In this document: positions 58,272 through 64,000 of the stretch, piece after piece
Position numbering within the stretch: position 1 is the first letter of the stretch
Layout: each line of letters opens with the position of its first letter
Assembly (NCBI GenBank): GCA_028826165.1
Contig: JAPDFW010000147.1
Location: forward strand, 496,001-560,000
Length of the DNA: 64,000 nucleotides
Direction: 5' to 3'
DNA from: Anaeramoeba ignava BMAN
Taxonomy: Eukaryota; Protista; Anaeramoebae
The notes under the pieces: generated by a model
What the model saw: only the letters and a program-made list of their open reading frames with translations
What the model was told of the DNA's origin: nothing
Databases searched by the model: none
Translations under genes and position numbers: made by a program

Positions 58272-61200
58272 TTAAAACCATGGAAATAAAATTGGATTTA
58301 ATTTATAAATTTTTTCACTTTTCAAACAAGATTCAATCAAATTTTTCACTTTATAATTAATTGGTTTTGATAAATTTTCTTTAGAATTTAAAAATGTTTT
58401 AAAAGGAGAAATCAATTCAATATTATTTTGAATTTTTTCTATATTAATTTGAACTTTTGAAATTAATTCTTGTATTTTTTCATTTGATGAGAAATTATTA
58501 TTTTGATTTTGATTTTGATTTTGATTTTGATTTTGATTTTGATTTTGATTTTGATTTTGATTTTGATTTTGATTTTGATTTTGATTTTGATTTTGATTTT
58601 GATTTTGATTTTGATTTTGATTAATTTCATCTTGATATTTTAAGGAATAAAAAGATAAGAAAATATGATCTCTAAATAAAATTCTTAAATAATTTTGAAT
58701 ATCAAAAGAATAATCAATCAAACATTCTGAAGAAGTTGAAAAAATTGCTCTAAATAACCCATTAATTCCAAATTTTGATATGAAATGTTTAAAATTTCTT
58801 GTTAATCTAAATTCTGGTGATAAAGATTCTGGTTGTTGTTTTAAAATTAATTCAGAATCATAATTTAAATGAATATGATCTTGTGATAATTCTCCAGTTA
58901 ATTGATAAATAGTGTAATTGAATAAAGAATCAAATTCTGAATGTAAAATATAATTCATAAAACTTCTTAATGCAAATTGAATTGTGAATTGCTTTCTGAA
59001 TATCCAATATTTATCAAGTGAATATAAGGATTTTAGTACAAATTTTGAGAGAATATTTTTAGGAAAGAATTCTTTCTGTATTTTTTTATATGTTTTCTTT
59101 AGCTTTTCATTCTCAATTTTGGGATCATTGTTCTTTTCTGTATTTTTTCTTGAATTATTTATCAAATCTCTATTTATTTCCAAATGCTTAATTACTGGAG
59201 AAATAAATTCAATATTTTCTTTATCGCAATGATTTTGATAAATTTCTGAAATTGTCACAATTTTCCTATTTAAACTTCTCATGAATTGATTTTTTGATAA
59301 AGGAATAACTTGTGGAACACTAAATCGAATTGCTCTTTTTTTTGTTTGAATATTCATTTTAAGATGGAAATTAATAAATCGAAGTAATTGATTGATTCTT
59401 TCTTCTGAATATTGAGTACATGAATCATCTTGATAAATAACAAACTTGTAAATTATTCCATCATTTCCTCTCATTCTAAATTGAGTGAGATATTTGAAAT
59501 TATTTATGTTTACTTTGAATTCTGGAATAATCCATGAAAGTGTTATATTATAAGAAATTGGTGAAAATAAAATATTGTTTTCTTGAAATTTAAGATATTG
59601 ACCTGGAATTTCAATGCTTTCTTTATTCTGTAATTGAGAAATCTTTGTTACTATATCTTCTGCATATCTTTTTTGTGAAAGTGAATCTGTTTTCTGTTTT
59701 ATGAAAGAAATGGAAAATTGAAGAAAAGAAAAAACATCCTTAAAAGTCACTTTTTGATTCCCTCTTTTGGATAATGCTTTTAATCTTGTGAATATTTGTT
59801 CGTTTTTCTCAATTTGTGTTTTGTGATTAAGATAAATTTCTTTTAGATCTTCAATGATTTTTTGTGGTATCGATTCTCTGAAATCTTCACATTTTTCCAG
59901 AATATAAAATAATAAATCATTTAATTTGTTCAATAAATCTTCTTCATTTTCAGGTTTAAAATATGATATAATTGAATCTATCAAAAGATTTAAATCTTGA
60001 ATAATAACCTTTGAACTAGGTCTTGATTTCTTTTTCCGATTTATAATGATTTGATATTCTTTTGAATTTTCCATAATTTTCCTCAAAATTCTATCTAAAG
60101 ATTTAAAAATCAATTGGGAATGAAATTTAGAAATTTTCTGTTCTTGTAAAAATGAATGCATATGATAATAAACAGCTTGAGGATAATAATAAAACAGGTT
60201 AGATAAAATATTTTCAAATAAGTTAACTTGAGAAGGAAATGCTAAAGAAATGAACAATTGGGGAATCCATGGAATCCAATTATGAATAGGAATAAAATTT
60301 AAAATTAGGTTTTCAATCATTGATAATCCAGAAACCATTTCAAAATCTTTTTCCGCAATAAAATCCTTCATTTTTTTCATCTTCATCTTCATTTTCATTT
60401 TCATCTTCATTTTCATTTTCATCTTTATATTGATTATATGAAAATATTAACCACATTATTCTTGGTATAATTGAAATATTTTTTTCTTGTAATAATTGTA
60501 TTGATTTAATATAATAATAAATTGCATTTTGAAACCATTCAATTTTTTGTGTTTGAATAAAAATTTGATCACAAAACTTTGCAAATGATTTCCAATTTTT
60601 TCCATTAAGATCATAAATACTAATTGATTCATGAAATTTTTCATTTGCGTCTTGATATTTCCCCAATTTTGTATAATATTCTGCTTCTATTCTTTTTAGA
60701 ATTGATTGTTGATGTTTATTAAAAATGGTATTATTTTGCATTTTCTCAAAAATTTTATTCCAATTTTCTTCTGAAAAATCTGCTATTAATGAATAACATT
60801 TTGATCTATATTTAATATCAATAAATTTGCAATCATTATTTTTATCTGAGAATTTCCCAAATTTATTCAAAATATTCAATGATAAGTTTATCAATCCATT
60901 TTTTCTTGCAACTTTGGAAAATGTTTTTAACATTAATGCATTGTCATTCTCAATAATAAGTTGAAAATCTGGTTCAAATTTCCATTTAGATTCAAGTATA
61001 TCAAATAATTGAAATCTCCACGAAAAAATATCATCCCATAATTGAATATCTTCCCATTGATTAGGTAATCTTATTCTCCATTTTTGAAGTAATTCTTCAA
61101 GAATATTTATATCTTTAATTTCTCTAACTTGTTGAATTAATTTACTTGATTCTAATAATTCAATAAATAAATGGAAATTATGAAATAATTTTGAATGTGA

Positions 61201-64000
61201 TTGAAGAATTTGTGTTGGTAATTCCATCCATGAATTAAATATTCGAACAATTCCTTGCAAAAATACTTTCTCTATTGTTTTCATTAAATTTCTTTTTGGT
61301 TCTAAAGAAGAATTTTTATAAAAGTCTGAATAAAAATTAATTAATTAAAAAATTAATATTATTAAAAATATTAAAATATTTTTACCTTTGCTTTTCAAAT
61401 TTTTTCCATTATATTGTGATTCAATTTTTTCTCTAATAAAAGTATTTGTATGGCATATAAGATATCCTTTGGAAAGAATATTGCTTATATTTGAAGTTAG
61501 GTGCTTAGATAAAACTTGTTGAACATTTCTGTAGTTTTTATTTTTCAAAGAGCTTTGTAATAATAATTCATATCTTAACATTTCTACTGAAAATTTTTCC
61601 AACAACTCAAAATTTCCAAGTATTTTAGAAGATGTAATAATCATATCTTCACAAATTGCATATTCAGTTTTCAAAGAAAAAACATCTTTTTCACTTTCAT
61701 TGATTTTGTTCATTGATAATAAAAAGAATTTCTCTACATTTTCCCAATATCCAAGTTGAGCAAAAGAAACTCCAATTTTAGTTTCTTCATGTAATGAAAT
61801 CATATCCCAAAATCCATACAAATAATCATCCTCTGATAATTTTTGATAATATTCTGTAAGTAAAGAATGCATTTTATCAACCTCATCAATACATCCAATA
61901 TTCATATTTAAATATTCAGGTTTTTTTCTTGATAATATTGTTTTTTCTAAAAGTAATATCGAACTATACCATTCTCCAAAATTTGTTGAAATGTATATAA
62001 AAGTATTTAATGGGATTCTGATTATTGGTTCAACACAATAAAATCCATAAAAAATTGAATTTGCTTCATCTCTTAGTGATGAGTTAAAATATTGACTAAT
62101 ATTACAAAGTGTTTTTCCTAAGAGTCTTCTTTCATTTTTTTTTGTGAATATTTTTTTGAATAATTGCTTATATAAACTTGGCCAAATAGCTTTTGTAATT
62201 CTTGGATCTGTTTCCATAATTTTAGATAAGGGTTTGATTAAATCAAAAAGTGTTGCTTTTTTTGTAAAATTGGATTTTTTTGCATGAACTTCTTTTTTTG
62301 TTATTTTGAGTCTTTTTATTTTTAAATCTTGGTTTGAATCATCAAAAATAAGTTCTTGAAGATAACCTAATGAAAGAGCGTTTGGTAATAGAAACTTTTC
62401 TGCTTCAATAATATAGAAAATAATCTTGATTAAATAATTTAGTCTCCATGGAACTAAATTGAATTGAGAATTTTGAGAAAGAAATTTCATAATAAATTCC
62501 TCAAATGATAAATCTTTGACTTGTTCTAATGCAATATTAAAAAATAATCTTCTTTTTTTCGGATCTTTGGAAAGAAATCCAAGTGAAAACAAATCTTGGA
62601 AAAATTGACAAGATTCTGTAAAATATTGTATTTTTGTTGCTTCAATAATCATTTCTAAAATTTCGTTTTGAATATTTTCATTTTGTATTCTTTGATAAAG
62701 AGCAATCAAGTTTTTGAAAATATTAAATTTTTGTTCAAATGTTAATATTATCTTTTTGGGTTTATTTTGTGTTTCGTTATTTATAACTATTTTTGTTGGA
62801 CTATCTTCGCTTGGATGATTATTATTTAAATTTAAATTTAAATTTTCATTTGTTTTATTATTTTCTGTTTCATTTTTATCAATTAAAGAAAATTTGATAA
62901 TTTTGATGATTTTAAGAATTAAGTTTTGATCTGGTGATTTTCTAAATAAAACATTAATATATAATAGAAAATTATCAATATAATTGGTTACTTTTGGGAT
63001 TTTCAAGAATATTATTATAAAACATTGATAAATATTTTTAGAAAGTATTAAATGATCTTCTTTTGATAACAATTGGCTTGATGTTTCTATTTGAACAAAA
63101 TTGCAAAAAATCTTGAATATTGGTTCAAAATACTTTTCATACCAACTTGGAGAAACTTTGTTGACAATTTCCAAGAAATAAGTAATAGAAGTAATAGGTT
63201 CTTTTATCAAATCTTGTTGAGAAAGTTTATATAATATAAATTCATCAATAATTCTCTTCATCATTTGAAATTCAAGATTATTATTATTATTATTATTTGA
63301 ATTTGTGGTAATTTTGTTTAGATTATTCAAATCTTGTTGTGTTTGATCTTCATTTGATATTTTTGGGTTATTTTCTGAAATTAATACTAAATTTTCAAGT
63401 ATTTTAGGACTTATTTGATCAAGAATTATATTTTTAAGGAAATATCTAAGCTTTCCTTCCCATCTAAATATATTTTGTCTGATTAAATGAGGATGATGTA
63501 AAATTATATTTGAAAATATTCCAATAAATGCTTTTGTTTCTTTAATATTTTGAGCAGATCTTAATTCGTCAAATTCATCCACAAATTTCTGAATATTTTC
63601 AAGTGATATTGAGTCTGGTCTGATATCCAAAATTTGGGAAAGCAATTCTGAATATTGTTTGATTAATTCTTCAACACCTGATATTATATTATTAAACACT
63701 AAAACTGAAACCAAATCAATGAATTTTTTTTCTTTCATTTCTCGTGTTTTAATGTAATCTGGATCGTTAATATTCTGTGTTTTTTCTTCATTATGAAGTT
63801 CAAAATTTCTTTTTAATCTTAATTCCCTTAGTTCCCAATTTATTAAAATACCCAAACTATTAGCAACTTCTTTTGAAAGTGATAAATCTGATCTAAAAGG
63901 TAATTTGTAAAATATTTCTAAAATGGAAATTTTGAGTTTCTGTTTGAAATGATAAAAGAATTTTTCATGTTTTTCAATAATATGAAAAATTGACCAATGA
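58272..64000 (-). CDS. TRRAP: TRRAP/Tra1 PIKK-family pseudokinase, C-terminal part (FAT, kinase-like, FATC); 5'-partial; intron 61385-61326
   Basis: LSEDDYLYGFW, WRIRLPNQWEDIQLWDDIFSWR, WIPWIPQL, YPQAVYY, EIPGQYL, RGNDG..YKF, EERINQL, FRKQFTIQFA, FRLTRNF, terminal LFPWF. A frameshift in a homopolymer near 60370 is probably an error. Confidence 0.88.

Noticed and set aside
58272-59600. Missing catalytic residues in the PIKK domain as a novelty
   Set aside because: TRRAP/Tra1 is an established pseudokinase, so this is expected.
35780-60380. Programmed frameshifting or pseudogenisation at frame breaks (about 35790, 57860, 60370; also 500-1140 and 32345)
   Set aside because: Every break falls in a homopolymer or microsatellite while the rest of each gene is intact, so long-read indel errors are the simpler explanation. 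Accurate reads are needed to confirm.

Overview
Extremely AT-rich, gene-dense eukaryotic genomic DNA with GT-AG spliceosomal introns and abundant Asn/Gln/Glu low-complexity coding tracts. The style (AATCAA/AATGAA coding microsatellites, microsatellite-filled introns, an MLL-type organellar presequence) suggests an anaerobic protist such as the metamonad Anaeramoeba; this is an inference and was not verified. About 21 protein genes were reconstructed by hand: two repetitive/coiled-coil proteins, a small hypothetical, TMEM181, an SH3/PH/RasGAP giant, a Slo/BK K+ channel, a UBA-ankyrin-pseudokinase, an AIG1/FAR-17a-DUF4185 fusion, two tandem claudin/PMP22-like genes, a catalytically dead USP7-like protein, a rhomboid, MOB1, p47/Shp1, a GATAD1-type BAH-like protein, Rad50, a Dbp2-like DEAD-box helicase, TRRAP/Tra1 (partial), and two selenoprotein genes. 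The strongest hidden signal is selenocysteine recoding that the ORF track misses or truncates. One gene is an 87-aa SelW/Rdx protein whose CGGU motif is split by an intron. The other is an animal-type thioredoxin reductase ending in GCUG with a putative mitochondrial/hydrogenosomal presequence. Each has a canonical SECIS element in its 3' UTR. A strand-specific TCA(T)n Initiator-like motif precedes most start codons, and a TCCAC(T)n motif recurs in non-coding DNA. Several frameshifts in homopolymer or microsatellite tracts are probably sequencing errors. No RNA genes, CRISPR arrays, transposases or inteins were recognised.
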